Below, in pieces: positions 31,819-42,609 of a DNA stretch of 64,000 bases. Below the pieces are notes generated by a model, which ran no database searches, was not told where the DNA came from, and saw nothing but the letters and a program-made list of their open reading frames with translations. Source of the DNA: Lachnospiraceae bacterium (lineage in GTDB: Bacteria > Bacillota > Clostridia > Lachnospirales > Lachnospiraceae); the NCBI GenBank assembly GCA_015057375.1, contig SVEM01000003.1, positions 10,778 to 74,777 on the forward strand, given 5' to 3'. The stretch's first letter is position 1, and every line of letters starts with the position of its first letter. The position numbers and the translations under genes are program-made.

Positions 31819-32466
31819 TCAGGATATGTCAAGCTTGCTGAAAAATACCGGCATTGCCTTGATAAACTCATCATATATAAGATTTGCAATTTCGCGCATC
31901 TGAGGATGCGCTTTTTTGCTTAAACGGAGTTTAAAGAAATGTCTCCATTCTCTAAGGTTCATCGTCATGATAAGTTCCGTTTTTAATGAATTAGGAAGTA
32001 CGGCGCGAGCTTCCTGTGGCGCAGCCCCAAGCTTGAGAAGCTCAAAATAATATTCTTCGGAGGCTTTCATGGCTTTATTCCAAACTTCGTATTTCTTTGC
32101 ATCAGTTTCGTTATTAAGGTCATAGCCGAATCCTGATGCTATATCTATTACGGTAATGCTGTTGTTAAATTTATCTCCGGAGTAATTACAATATCTGGTG
32201 CTTTCCTGGCTGTAGCTTGCAAGTCTGTGGCGTACAATCTCATGTGTAACACCGCGGTCACATATTACCTTTACCGTAACACTTTCATGTTCAATAACAG
32301 ATTCATGTCCGTTTGCAAGTATATTTTTTACAAACTGCTCTGCTGAGGTTTCGGTAATATTTCTTTCGCTCTTATAACACACACGACCGATACGCTCAAT
32401 CTTTTTAAGCATAACGCTGTAGTCTTCCATATCAATAATAGTAACAGATGGTGCAGTTATATTCAT
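31819..32466 (-). CDS. thyX: FAD-dependent thymidylate synthase
   Basis: GHESVIEH, EIVRHRLASYSQESTRY, ARAVLP, NLREW, AHPQMR. Confidence 0.95.
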   Translation of the reverse strand: MNITAPSVTIIDMEDYSVMLKKIERIGRVCYKSERNITETSAEQFVKNILANGHESVIEHESVTVKVICDRGVTHEIVRHRLASYSQESTRYCNYSGDKFNNSITVIDIASGFGYDLNNETDAKKYEVWNKAMKASEEYYFELLKLGAAPQEARAVLPNSLKTELIMTMNLREWRHFFKLRLSKKAHPQMREIANLIYDEFIKAMPVFFSKLDIS

Positions 32467-32591
32467 AGAAATGCTCCTTTCATGTAAATCTTATATAAAT
32501 CTTAGTACTTTTTTACAACATAATCAAGGTTGACTTATACTAACGAATTGGTATACAATATTTAATTATGACAAAAGGAGGAAGTACGGCA

Positions 32592-34550
32592 ATGAAGATT
32601 ACTTTAAAAGACGGATCATGTAAAGAATATGACAGCCCGTTGTCTGTATATGAGATTGCAAAGGATATCAGTGAAGGCCTTGCAAGAGCCGCATGTGCAG
32701 GAGAACTTAATGGAAAGGTTGTTGATTTGCGAACTATCGTTGATACTGATTCTGAGCTTAGCATTCTGACATTTCAGGATGAGCAGGGAAAGGCAGCTTA
32801 CAGACATACCACATCACATGTGCTTGCTGAAGCAGTAAAGCGTCTGTATCCTGAGGCAAAACTCGCTATAGGACCATCGATAGATACCGGATTTTATTAT
32901 GATTTTGATTGTCCTTCATTTGATAGAGAAGCCCTTGATAAGATTGAAGCAGAGATGAAGAAGATTATCAAGGAAGGAGCAGCACTTGAGTGTTTCACTC
33001 TTCCTAGAGATGAAGCAATTAAATATATGACAGACAGGGATGAGCCTTATAAGGTTGAACTTATTGAGGACCTTCCTGAGGATGCCATTATATCATTCTA
33101 TAGTCAGGGAGATTTCGTTGATTTATGTGCGGGACCTCATCTTATGAGTACAAAGCAGATAAAGGCATTTAAGCTTATTTCATCTTCAGGAGCTTACTGG
33201 AGAGGATCAGAGAAGAACAAGATGCTCACAAGAGTATACGGAACTGCATTTGACAAGAAGTCAGACCTTGCAGATTATCTTGATTATCTTGAGGATATCA
33301 AGAAGCGTGACCATAACAAACTCGGTCGTGAGATGGAGATATTTACAACTGTAGATGTTATCGGACAGGGACTTCCGCTCATTATGCCTAATGGTGTTAC
33401 AATCCTTAAGGAGCTTCAGAGATGGATTGAGGATATTGAGGATAATGAGTGGGGCTATGTAAGAACTAAGACTCCTCTTATGGCTAAGAGCGATCTTTAT
33501 AAGATATCAGGACACTGGGATCATTATCAGGACGGTATGTTTGTACTTGGTGATGAGGAAGTTGACAAGGAAGTATTTGCACTTCGTCCGATGACATGTC
33601 CATTCCAGTATTATGTATATAAGAACAGTCAGAAGTCATACAGAGATCTTCCAATCAGATATGGTGAAACTTCTACATTGTTCAGAAATGAAGAATCAGG
33701 TGAGATGCACGGACTTACAAGAGTAAGACAGTTTACCATTTCAGAGGGACATCTTATTGTAAGACCTGACCAGATGGTAGAAGAGTTCAAGAATTGTCTT
33801 GCACTTGCTAAGCATGTACTTACAACACTTGGTGTTGGCGGAGACGTAACTTACCATCTTTCAAAGTGGGATCCGGATAATAAGGAAAAATATATTGGAG
33901 AGCCTGAAGTTTGGGAAGAGACAGAACAGCATATTCGTGACGTTCTTACAGAGCTTGAGATTCCATTTGTTGAGGATGTCGGAGAAGCTGCATTCTACGG
34001 CCCTAAGGTAGATATCAATGCTAAGAATGTATACGGTAAAGAAGATACCATGATTACTATTCAGTGGGATGCACTTCTTGCTGAACAGTTTGATATGTAT
34101 TATGTAGATCAGAACGGTGAAAAGGTCAGACCTTATATTATCCACAGAACAAGTCTTGGCTGTTACGAAAGAACTCTTGCATGGCTTATTGAAAAATATG
34201 CAGGTAAGTTCCCAACATGGCTTTGTCCTGAGCAGGTTCGCATACTTCCTATTTCTGAGAAGTTCCATGAGTATGCAGATAAGGTCAATAAAGAGCTTAA
34301 AGCAAACGGAATCAGAAGCAGTGTCGACGAAAGAAGCGAGAAAATCGGATATAAGATTCGTGATGCAAGACTTCATAGAGTTCCTTACTTACTTGTTGTT
34401 GGACAAAAGGAAGAGCAGGAAGGCACAGTATCAGTAAGAAGCAGATATCTTGGTGATGAAGGAGCTAAGACAATAGATGAGTTTATAGCTGCAATCACAA
34501 AAGAGATAAGAACAAAAGAAATAAGAAAGATTGAAGTTGAGGAACAGTAA
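32592..34550 (+). CDS. thrS: Threonine-tRNA ligase
   Basis: TGS domain, HTTSH, DLCAGPH, RDHNKLG, RPMTCP, AAFYGPK, IHR. Confidence 0.97.
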   Translation: MKITLKDGSCKEYDSPLSVYEIAKDISEGLARAACAGELNGKVVDLRTIVDTDSELSILTFQDEQGKAAYRHTTSHVLAEAVKRLYPEAKLAIGPSIDTGFYYDFDCPSFDREALDKIEAEMKKIIKEGAALECFTLPRDEAIKYMTDRDEPYKVELIEDLPEDAIISFYSQGDFVDLCAGPHLMSTKQIKAFKLISSSGAYWRGSEKNKMLTRVYGTAFDKKSDLADYLDYLEDIKKRDHNKLGREMEIFTTVDVIGQGLPLIMPNGVTILKELQRWIEDIEDNEWGYVRTKTPLMAKSDLYKISGHWDHYQDGMFVLGDEEVDKEVFALRPMTCPFQYYVYKNSQKSYRDLPIRYGETSTLFRNEESGEMHGLTRVRQFTISEGHLIVRPDQMVEEFKNCLALAKHVLTTLGVGGDVTYHLSKWDPDNKEKYIGEPEVWEETEQHIRDVLTELEIPFVEDVGEAAFYGPKVDINAKNVYGKEDTMITIQWDALLAEQFDMYYVDQNGEKVRPYIIHRTSLGCYERTLAWLIEKYAGKFPTWLCPEQVRILPISEKFHEYADKVNKELKANGIRSSVDERSEKIGYKIRDARLHRVPYLLVVGQKEEQEGTVSVRSRYLGDEGAKTIDEFIAAITKEIRTKEIRKIEVEEQ

Positions 34551-34567
34551 TACAAAGGAGGTTAATT

Positions 34568-35140
34568 ATGGATAACCAGAATAATAATGAAGATTTTTTA
34601 TATGGTGGCAATGAACAGCCTGTAAATGAGTATGAAGAGACTGTAGTTGAAAATGAGAATATCATTGACGTAGAACCTGAACCACAGGCATCAGAGCCTG
34701 AACCACAGCAACTCCCGCCATACGGTCAGGAAGCATTTAATCAGAATCAGTATGGTCAGTTTAATAACTACAATCAGAACCCATACCAACAGAATGCATA
34801 TAATCCATATGAACAGCAGAATACAAAGAAGACACTCGGTATTATATCTCTTGTTACAGGTATTCTTAGCGTTACATGTTGCTGTATGTCAGAAATGGGT
34901 ATAGTATTTGGTATTGCCGCGCTGATAACAGGTATTATATCTAATAAAAAGAAAGAGAATGCAAAGGGATTAGCCATAGCCGGAATTATTATGGGTTCAA
35001 TAGCAATATTCCTTGGAATTATCGGTGTAATTATTGGTGCTTATTTGGTATCAACCGGAGTTTATGATAATCTGCTTGATGAATTTTCGCAGTCTTTTAT
35101 AAATGGTTACAATAGTTTTCCGTCAGACCTTGATTACTAG
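34568..35140 (+). CDS. DUF4190-like membrane protein with Q/N/Y-rich N-terminus
   Basis: SLVTGILS..CCC...ALITGII...AIAGIIMG. Confidence 0.75.
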   Translation: MDNQNNNEDFLYGGNEQPVNEYEETVVENENIIDVEPEPQASEPEPQQLPPYGQEAFNQNQYGQFNNYNQNPYQQNAYNPYEQQNTKKTLGIISLVTGILSVTCCCMSEMGIVFGIAALITGIISNKKKENAKGLAIAGIIMGSIAIFLGIIGVIIGAYLVSTGVYDNLLDEFSQSFINGYNSFPSDLDY

Positions 35141-35592
35141 GATAAAAACAGTAAAACATTTTTGATTATCCACTGCAGGATAATTAGAGCGCATCCGATG
35201 TATACGTATACAGGATGTATGCTCATAACATGATAACAGTATTTTTCAGGAGATGATTTGCATGAGTTTCGTGTAAAGAATCTCCTGATTCTATATATGC
35301 TCTGAGAAATGAAAAATATTATACCGGGCACAGTAACATACAAAACAATCGGATGATAATAAAGACTTTTGACAAGATTGCCTGAAATTAAATGCATAAC
35401 TGAGCGCGTGCCTCCGCAACCCGGACAGTAAAATCCCGTAACGGCATGAAAATGGCATGGCGGTATTAAGTCTGACAGTTTAATGCCATAGCGGTGTGAG
35501 ATATAAGCATATACAAACAGACCGATAAAGGATATAATTGCAACCATATAAGCAAGTGTGTCAAGTTCTTTGCTGTAGGGATTGTACTTCAT
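35137..35592 (-). CDS. DUF2752 family membrane protein
   Basis: PC.F...TG.YCPGCGGTRS motif. Confidence 0.85.
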   Translation of the reverse strand: MKYNPYSKELDTLAYMVAIISFIGLFVYAYISHRYGIKLSDLIPPCHFHAVTGFYCPGCGGTRSVMHLISGNLVKSLYYHPIVLYVTVPGIIFFISQSIYRIRRFFTRNSCKSSPEKYCYHVMSIHPVYVYIGCALIILQWIIKNVLLFLS

Positions 35593-35646
35593 TTTATAAT
35601 GTTCCTTTTGCTAAGTGATATATGTTATAAAAGTTATAAAAAACTA

Positions 35647-35675
35647 TTGACATATCTATGCGATGATGCTATCAT
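35647..35675 (+). promoter_or_regulatory. Sigma-A promoter of infC operon
   Basis: TTGACA-N17-TATCAT. Confidence 0.7.
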
Positions 35676-35700
35676 AGTCTTTGCTGCGGATGATGCAGAC

Positions 35701-35850
35701 GTAAAAATAAAGCGAAGTGAGTCCACTTCCACCTTAGCACAGACATGTGACTTGGGTTTATAATAAGACATTATTTCATAAAAGTAAATGCGCTTTTGTG
35801 ATGTTTTATGTGAGTGGACAGAGATTGCTTTGTCTGCTTTTTTTATTTAT
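35701..35850 (+). ncRNA. Ribosomal protein L20 leader (attenuator)
   Basis: AGCGAAG...GTCCACT pairing with AGTGGAC, then terminator-like stem + T run upstream of infC-rpmI-rplT. Confidence 0.7.
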
Positions 35851-35869
35851 TTTATGGAGGTGCTAAACA

Positions 35870-36376
35870 ATTAGCGATTTTTTAATTAATGAACAGATAA
35901 GGGATAAGGAAGTAAGACTTATCGCAGATAATGGAGAGCAGTTGGGAGTTATGCCTATTAAAGAGGCTATGCGTATGGCAAAAGAGGCGGATCTTGATCT
36001 TGTAAAGATTGCACCGAATGCTAAACCACCTGTATGTAAGATTGTTGATTATGGCAAGTTCCGCTACGATCAGATGCGTAGAGAAAAGGAAGCTAAAAAG
36101 AAGCAGAAGGTGACAGAAGTCAAAGAGATAAGACTTTCACCGAACATCGATGATAATGATTTGAATACAAAGGCTAATCAGGCTAGAAAGTTCATAGCAA
36201 AAGGTGACAAAGTTAAAGTTTCACTTCGTTTTCGCGGACGTGAGATGGCACATACCAATGTTGGTAAGCAGATACTTGATGCTTTTTATGAGAAACTCGC
36301 CGAGGTGGCTGTTGTAGATAAACCGGCCAAGCTTGAAGGAAGAAGCATGGTAATGTTTTTAACCGAGAAGAAATAA
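35870..36376 (+). CDS. infC: Translation initiation factor IF-3 (ATT start)
   Basis: GGAGG RBS then ATT AGC GAT TTT TTA ATT AAT GAA CAG ([11 protein letters not shown]); PPVCK, FRGRE. Confidence 0.96.
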   Translation: MSDFLINEQIRDKEVRLIADNGEQLGVMPIKEAMRMAKEADLDLVKIAPNAKPPVCKIVDYGKFRYDQMRREKEAKKKQKVTEVKEIRLSPNIDDNDLNTKANQARKFIAKGDKVKVSLRFRGREMAHTNVGKQILDAFYEKLAEVAVVDKPAKLEGRSMVMFLTEKK

Positions 36377-36390
36377 GGAGGAATATAATT

Positions 36391-36588
36391 ATGCCGAAAA
36401 TGAAGACAAGAAGCGCGGCAGCTAAGCGTTTTAAGAAGACAGGTTCAGGCAAGCTTATGCGTATGAAGGCTAACAAGAGCCATATTCTTAACAAGAAATC
36501 AAGAAAGAGAAAGAGAAATCTTAGAAAACAGACAGAAATCGATGCATCAAACGAGAAGCAGATGAAGAGATGTATGCCTTATTTGTAA
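36391..36588 (+). CDS. rpmI: 50S ribosomal protein L35
   Basis: MPKMKT...[12 protein letters not shown]. Confidence 0.97.
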   Translation: MPKMKTRSAAAKRFKKTGSGKLMRMKANKSHILNKKSRKRKRNLRKQTEIDASNEKQMKRCMPYL

Positions 36589-36611
36589 TATGATTTTAGG
36601 AGGAAAAGAGA

Positions 36612-36968
36612 ATGGCTAGAATTAAAGGCGGTATGAATGCCAAGAAAAAGCATAAGAGAGTCTTAAAGCTTGCTAAAGGTTATCGTGGAGCAAGATCTAA
36701 GCAGTATAGAATAGCTAAGCAGTCCGTTATGAGGGCTCTTAACACAGCATATGAAGGAAGAAAGCAGAGAAAGAGACAGTTCAGAAGATTATGGATTGCC
36801 CGTATCAATGCAGCTGCAAGAATTAATGGATTATCATACAGCAAGTTCATGTATGGTCTTAAGCTTGCAGGAGCTGATGTTAACAGAAAGATGCTTTCAG
36901 AGATGGCTATCAGTGATCCTGAAGGATTTGCAGCACTTGTTGAAGCTGCAAAGTCAAAGCTTGCTTAA
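36612..36968 (+). CDS. rplT: 50S ribosomal protein L20
   Basis: [29 protein letters not shown]. Confidence 0.97.
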   Translation: MARIKGGMNAKKKHKRVLKLAKGYRGARSKQYRIAKQSVMRALNTAYEGRKQRKRQFRRLWIARINAAARINGLSYSKFMYGLKLAGADVNRKMLSEMAISDPEGFAALVEAAKSKLA

Positions 36969-37010
36969 TTGGACAGATAGTTTATCATAAGGAAATTTAA
37001 TATGAAGAAT

Positions 37011-37054
37011 AAAAAGCTAAACCAGAGATTGTCAAATCGTCGGTTTAGCTTTTT
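37011..37054. terminator. Bidirectional intrinsic terminator
   Basis: AAAAAGCTAAACC...GGTTTAGCTTTTT between convergent genes. Confidence 0.8.
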
Positions 37055-37078
37055 GCATGCGAAAAATTAAATTCACCC

Positions 37079-38011
37079 CTACTCGATTGGTATTTGTTCT
37101 TGAGCAGGTTCAAATAGTATATTTGCCATATATAACAAAGATTCTTTGCTGGCATTTTTATCTATTGTGAGACTGTACAAAAGTCCCGGAACAATGTCAA
37201 ACCAGACTATTTTTCCTTGTCCGTCTGCATCAATTGTAATTCGTGCAGGACACCATAGTACTTCTGAATTGTATTCCTTTCCATTTAAATGAAAGTCAGA
37301 AATATCTGCAAAATATTCATCAATCTCTATAGTGGATGATATTCGATAGGTGTGTTTTATATCATTCCATACAAACGTTGTTTCGCCTATGGTTAAATTT
37401 TTGTAATATACCGCATTATAAGTAATATCTTTGGCTCCATCAGGTGCTATTGCCATGCTGTATCCCAGTTTCTGAACTAAAGTCTCTGCTGTTGTAAGAA
37501 GAGAAATAGAATCTTCGCCGGATAAACACCATTGTGTTTCTGCTTCTGTATCATACCAGCTTATCCAAAAAGAATCTTCTTCTAACTGCTGATAGTGAAA
37601 AGACAAATCTTGTGTCTGCCAATCCATCGTATTGACGATATCTCCATCAGAATCAGCAAGATTAATAGGTTCTGCAGTATTTACCATACGACATAGATAA
37701 TCATTTTCATTTACACTAAATGACGCTTCAAGCATAGGCATATTCGAATCATTTTCTGTAACATGGTGTGATACATGCTTTGCATTATCAGGAAGTTCCA
37801 TAAGAAAGTCGTATTCGGAGACTACTATAGTTAGTGTTCTGTTAATGTTTAGTGTTTTCCATACTCCCAGGCCAACTATAAGGCATATACAAGCTGCAAT
37901 TGCAATAGGGAAAAGACTACGAGGGTATTTCCTTTTTATAGGAGTATATGCTTCTTCTAAAAGATCATCATCAATTAAGTGCATGGTTTCTAAAAAATGT
38001 TTTGCGTTCAA
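37079..38011 (-). CDS. Putative anti-sigma factor (single TM, extracellular C-domain)
   Basis: TTG start coupled to sigma stop, AGGAGGG RBS; MHLIDDDLLEEA N-domain, IAACICLIV TM. Confidence 0.7.
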   Translation of the reverse strand: MNAKHFLETMHLIDDDLLEEAYTPIKRKYPRSLFPIAIAACICLIVGLGVWKTLNINRTLTIVVSEYDFLMELPDNAKHVSHHVTENDSNMPMLEASFSVNENDYLCRMVNTAEPINLADSDGDIVNTMDWQTQDLSFHYQQLEEDSFWISWYDTEAETQWCLSGEDSISLLTTAETLVQKLGYSMAIAPDGAKDITYNAVYYKNLTIGETTFVWNDIKHTYRISSTIEIDEYFADISDFHLNGKEYNSEVLWCPARITIDADGQGKIVWFDIVPGLLYSLTIDKNASKESLLYMANILFEPAQEQIPIE

Positions 38012-38556
38012 AGTTGCATTCCCTCCTTTTGAAGTATTTCTCGAAGCTGGTTTCGCATTCGAAATAATGTAATTCTCACTTTCTCTTCGGAACATCTAAA
38101 ATATATAGCTATTGCTTTGTTTGATTCGCCATAAAAATATCTCCGTACAAACATAATGCGATTTTCTTTTGGCTGTTTTCTAAGGAAATCATTGATTAAC
38201 TCGTGGAGAAATTTATTGTTGTAAATCGTGTCGGGGTGCGGTAGAAATGGTTCCAATTCCTCAAAGGATAATGTCAAGGAATTGGAACGCATTTGGGCGT
38301 GATTATATTCATATTTATCTAACGCAATGTTACGAGCAATTTTTGCTAAATAGCCCTGCAATGAGCGAGGACGTTCAGGGGGAATGGTGTTCCAAATTCG
38401 AATATATGTATCTGAAACACACTCCTCTACATCCCTGTTATCTGGCAAAATGCGACGGATAATAGAAGAACATAATTTGTCGTATTTAATTTTTATGTGC
38501 TCTATTCCCATTTCGGATCTGGACCAGAGTAAATCAATGATTGTTTTATCATCCAT
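38008..38556 (-). CDS. ECF RNA polymerase sigma factor
   Basis: MDDKTII.L...RSE, DVEECVSDTY, YLAKIARN.A, FVRRYFYGES..IA. Confidence 0.9.
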   Translation of the reverse strand: MDDKTIIDLLWSRSEMGIEHIKIKYDKLCSSIIRRILPDNRDVEECVSDTYIRIWNTIPPERPRSLQGYLAKIARNIALDKYEYNHAQMRSNSLTLSFEELEPFLPHPDTIYNNKFLHELINDFLRKQPKENRIMFVRRYFYGESNKAIAIYFRCSEEKVRITLFRMRNQLREILQKEGMQL

Positions 38557-38640
38557 GAATAATTCCTCTTATGTGCTGTTGGCTATAAAATAATATTTCA
38601 TAATTATTGTATCACAAAGAAAAGACAACGCACATGGAAA

Positions 38641-39477
38641 TTATTTAAAATATATATAAGGGAAATATTCAATTGAAGTGTACAGGTTTTTGTTTGATTC
38701 TATAATATCTTTTGCAGTTTTTTTGTCTATTTTCATATCGTTGGAGGTGTCCCAATCCACATCATATGCCATAAACCAAGGTTTTTTTGCGTTTGCTTCT
38801 GAATCAAAAATAATAGCTTGCATAACTTCAAATTTGCCTTCAATCAACATCATGTAATGAACGGCAGTATTTGATGCGCTTTTTTCAACTTCGTTTGCAA
38901 CAGACCACATGTTGTCATCCTCTGCAAATTGTAAATAATATCGATCTGTTGAATTGCTTTGTGCCAACATAACCGGTTTTTTATCAACTAAAGTCCAAAT
39001 TTCAAAGACAACAGGATTTTTCTTAGCACCTTGAATTGCACCAATAATTAATTCCATAGAGCCGTCGTTATCAAAATCTACAAAACCAAATCCTACATTA
39101 TCTAAAGGATTTCCTTCATAATAGGAAGTAGGAAGACTGCTTAAGTTATTTTCAAAATATTTGCTTTCGTCCCACTGTTCTGAAAGAGCAGCACTATATC
39201 TGGCTATCTGGTCATGATATACCTTATCGATATAATAAGAATTTGCGTCACCCTCATACTCAAAATCCTCATCAGAATCAGAAGAATCTTCGGCAGGAGC
39301 TTCTGTTGGTGCTTCAGTAGGAATCTCTGTTGGTGCAGTTGTAGGGTCGCTAACGATTTCTGTAGCTGCCGCTGTAGGATTTGCGGTGTCAGCTTCTTTT
39401 TGTTGTGGTTTGCCACAGGCAATAAAAGTTGTGAAAATCAGTAATACCATTGTCCACATTAAAGTTTTTTTCATCAT
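38641..39477 (-). CDS. Hypothetical lipoprotein
   Basis: Lipobox FIAC; T/A/P/E linker; DFDNDGSMELI Ca-binding-like motif. Confidence 0.75.
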   Translation of the reverse strand: MMKKTLMWTMVLLIFTTFIACGKPQQKEADTANPTAAATEIVSDPTTAPTEIPTEAPTEAPAEDSSDSDEDFEYEGDANSYYIDKVYHDQIARYSAALSEQWDESKYFENNLSSLPTSYYEGNPLDNVGFGFVDFDNDGSMELIIGAIQGAKKNPVVFEIWTLVDKKPVMLAQSNSTDRYYLQFAEDDNMWSVANEVEKSASNTAVHYMMLIEGKFEVMQAIIFDSEANAKKPWFMAYDVDWDTSNDMKIDKKTAKDIIESNKNLYTSIEYFPYIYFK

Positions 39478-39505
39478 ATTTATTCTCCTTTATATTTAAA
39501 ATTTT

Positions 39506-40621
39506 TTACTTACTTAAGAAAACAAGGTTTCGATCAGAAATAAAACTTGAAAATCCGTATAAGATTAGAACGGTGTCAATTTCATTTTCATTTACATAAT
39601 CTAAAACATTCAGTTTGTTGTACCTAAGATCCAGTAAATGAATCTCAGAAAAACGTTCCGTTAAAAACGGGGCAAGTGTGTCTGCATAAGAATCACGAAT
39701 TGCTAGTAGTTTGTCACCGGACACATTGGTTTCAATGACGCATAAAGGTTGATTTCCGCCAAGGAAATAAGAATACTGGTCTTTTTTTGATAAATAAATA
39801 TCATGATACAATTTGCCTTGTTCCGGTTTTGTGTCAAACCATGATGTTATATGCAAATTTTCGTCAGGAATCCATGTTTCTATGGTGTCAGGATTTATCC
39901 ACCATGCACCGGATGAAGACCAGGTTGTGCCATAAAAATTTTTGGATACAGTTGTAGGAGTATAGTCTTTATGGGAAAGAGTTTTTTTCCCTAATGCCTG
40001 AAGAATTGCGTTGCAGCCATAATATGCACCGAGAGTTGTCCAGTGGTGGTCTGTTCTGTAGAAAATGTCTTCGTTTGATTTTCCCGCCAAAGTGTCGGCA
40101 ATGTCGATGGTGCTGGCATCGCATTCTTCGTAGCACTGTTGTATCCATTGATGTTCGTTTGTGGTTGGAGCATTATCCGGCAATTTATATGACCACACAT
40201 GAGTAGATGTGGGAATCAAACCAAAATAAACCGGAACAGAACAGTTTTGTGAAAATGTATTGATATATCCCATATTTTTTTGGATACGATCTATTTCAGG
40301 CTCATCTATTCGATTAAGCAATGTGTTGTCTTGTGAAAAATATACACCGCCGTTTTCTTTTTTCCCGCAAAGAAGTTCTGCAGTTGCATGTAATTTTACC
40401 CAAGTATCGCGAAAAGAAATATGATCATTTGCAAAGGTTTCAAAATCTTCCATATAACTTCCGTTCATTGCCTTATCAAAGCTAAATATAGGCATTTGTT
40501 CCAGATAACGGTTTTCAACAGAGGAAAAATCGCGCTTTGGAAGAAATATTAATCCCAACATCATAATTCCAATAAATCCGCAGAAGATGAGGGTGATACA
40601 TATGTTATATTTTTTATGCAT
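39506..40621 (-). CDS. DHHW family protein (AlgJ/AlgX-like O-acyltransferase partner)
   Basis: ENRYL, YRTDHHWT..GAY, RDSY. Confidence 0.9.
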   Translation of the reverse strand: MHKKYNICITLIFCGFIGIMMLGLIFLPKRDFSSVENRYLEQMPIFSFDKAMNGSYMEDFETFANDHISFRDTWVKLHATAELLCGKKENGGVYFSQDNTLLNRIDEPEIDRIQKNMGYINTFSQNCSVPVYFGLIPTSTHVWSYKLPDNAPTTNEHQWIQQCYEECDASTIDIADTLAGKSNEDIFYRTDHHWTTLGAYYGCNAILQALGKKTLSHKDYTPTTVSKNFYGTTWSSSGAWWINPDTIETWIPDENLHITSWFDTKPEQGKLYHDIYLSKKDQYSYFLGGNQPLCVIETNVSGDKLLAIRDSYADTLAPFLTERFSEIHLLDLRYNKLNVLDYVNENEIDTVLILYGFSSFISDRNLVFLSK

Positions 40622-40633
40622 TTTATGCCCTCC

Positions 40634-42022
40634 TTAAAAACGGAAATATAGAAACGGATTATAGGTATCTGCTACGAGATACGCTGTACAAAGCAGTAAT
40701 CCAATAATAAGTAATATAGGTTTTAAGACAGTAGCCTTTTTTATAAATCTTTTTCCAATAGGTGTGGATGCGGCAAATCCTATACATAAAAGCGGGAGAT
40801 ATTGCCCAAGGTAGTATAGAGTATTTGTATCTACAAATGAGGCACCGCCGACAAAAAACATTTTTTTCAGAAAACCAATCAATTGAGCTGTGTCTTCAAG
40901 TGCAAATATTGTCCAGCTAATAAGTATTAAAAAGATTGTGTAGCAATGTTGAAAAAAAGTAGGTATTTTGTATAGTATTTTTGAAAGAAATAGTTTTTCA
41001 ATCAATAAAATTGTGAAAAAGTATAGCCCCCAAAAAAGATAATTCCAGCTGGCTCCATGCCAAAGGCCTGTGCAGGACCAGACAATGAAAAGATTGCGGA
41101 TCCATTTATATTTGCAACAACGATTGCCGCCTAATGGAATGTACAAATACTCACGAAACCATGTGGAAAGACTAATGTGCCAACGCCTCCAAAATTCTGT
41201 AATGCTTTTAGAAATGTAGGGATAATTAAAGTTTGGCAAGAACTCAAATCCTAACATTTTGCCAAGTCCTATAGCCATATCGGAATAACCCGAAAAATCA
41301 AAATAAATCTGTAAACTAAAAGCAATTACACCAATCCAAACTCCAACTACGGTTAGCTCTGTAAGAGGGGTTTCTTTGATGGTTTCCCAAAGGAGTCCTA
41401 TATTATTTGCAAGTAATACTTTCTTTGCAAGACCGATAGAAAAAATATTTATGCCCGAAACAAACTTGTCTAATGAATAGATTCGTTCATCAATTTGATT
41501 TCCTATGTTTTTGTATTTGATAATTGGTCCTGCTATAAGCTGTGGGAACAACGTAACAAATGTTCCGAAATTTATAATTTTTCTTTGTGCTCTGGCATCG
41601 CCGCGATATACATCGATGGTATAACTCATAGTTTGAAATGTGAAAAATGATATGCCAATAGGTAGATGTATATTTAAAATAGGCATGAAATTAAAACCGA
41701 TATTTTCTAAATTTGCAGCAATGAAATCCCAATATTTGAAGAAAAACAAAATGCCAAGATTAAGAATAATAGAGGATGCCACAACAGCTTTCGCAGCTTT
41801 GTGTTTTTCTTTTTGCAGGAAGTGTTCTACCAGCAAACCATGTGTGAAATCCACTAGGGTAGAAAATATCATTATAGCAAAATAGACCTGTTCTCCCCAA
41901 AAATAAAACAATAGTGAAGCAAGGAGTATGACTATATTGCGTCCTTTACGGGGTACAATGTAGTAGATTCCCAAGGTTAGTGGTAAGAATACAAATAAAA
42001 ATAGTGTGCTTGAAAATATCAT
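40634..42022 (-). CDS. MBOAT family O-acyltransferase (AlgI/DltB-like)
   Basis: LPIGISFFTFQ, FPQLIAGPI, DFSGYSDMA, FWRRWHISL, GLWHGA. Confidence 0.93.
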   Translation of the reverse strand: MIFSSTLFLFVFLPLTLGIYYIVPRKGRNIVILLASLLFYFWGEQVYFAIMIFSTLVDFTHGLLVEHFLQKEKHKAAKAVVASSIILNLGILFFFKYWDFIAANLENIGFNFMPILNIHLPIGISFFTFQTMSYTIDVYRGDARAQRKIINFGTFVTLFPQLIAGPIIKYKNIGNQIDERIYSLDKFVSGINIFSIGLAKKVLLANNIGLLWETIKETPLTELTVVGVWIGVIAFSLQIYFDFSGYSDMAIGLGKMLGFEFLPNFNYPYISKSITEFWRRWHISLSTWFREYLYIPLGGNRCCKYKWIRNLFIVWSCTGLWHGASWNYLFWGLYFFTILLIEKLFLSKILYKIPTFFQHCYTIFLILISWTIFALEDTAQLIGFLKKMFFVGGASFVDTNTLYYLGQYLPLLCIGFAASTPIGKRFIKKATVLKPILLIIGLLLCTAYLVADTYNPFLYFRF

Positions 42023-42051
42023 AGTTTTCTCCGCGTGTTGAAGAAGTGGTT

Positions 42052-42573
42052 TTAATTTACAAATACATTTGCAGGAATTTCATATCCTTCAGGTAAAGCA
42101 ATCAAACATACATAATTACCGTAAGATTGTACCTGGGCATTTGATTTCCAAAGCGCTGCAGTTTCTGCATAACAGCTATCGTCGCTGCCGAGAGCAATAC
42201 GACTTTCGAAAATACTGACAGCTTTTTCTACATCAGCTTCGTTTGCAACTTCTACAAGCATTATTTCGCAGGCAAATCCTGTGATAGGATGAATGTAAAG
42301 TAATTGTTGCTTTAATTCAATGTCAGATATACCCTCGTAAAATTCGTTGATTACATCCGGGTTGCTTTCAGAGAACATAACTATGTCCTCGCCTGCGTCA
42401 ATTGTTGTCAGAATGTTTTGATAAACAGTTTCCATATCAAGTTCCTGTATAACAGGCGCTTCGGTTGCCGATGTGGTTTCAGGAGTTATTTCAGGAGTGA
42501 TTTCTGAGTTGTTACAGGCAGAAAGATTAAATAAAAAGATAAGTGTTAGTAAAAATGAAAAGAATTTTTTCAT
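42052..42573 (-). CDS. DUF4358-like lipoprotein
   Basis: Lipobox LSAC; EIMLVEV...GNYVCLI; typical position before MBOAT-DHHW. Confidence 0.7.
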   Translation of the reverse strand: MKKFFSFLLTLIFLFNLSACNNSEITPEITPETTSATEAPVIQELDMETVYQNILTTIDAGEDIVMFSESNPDVINEFYEGISDIELKQQLLYIHPITGFACEIMLVEVANEADVEKAVSIFESRIALGSDDSCYAETAALWKSNAQVQSYGNYVCLIALPEGYEIPANVFVN

Positions 42574-42609
42574 AGATGCATCTCCTTTCTGTTATCGTTA
42601 TACTTATAT

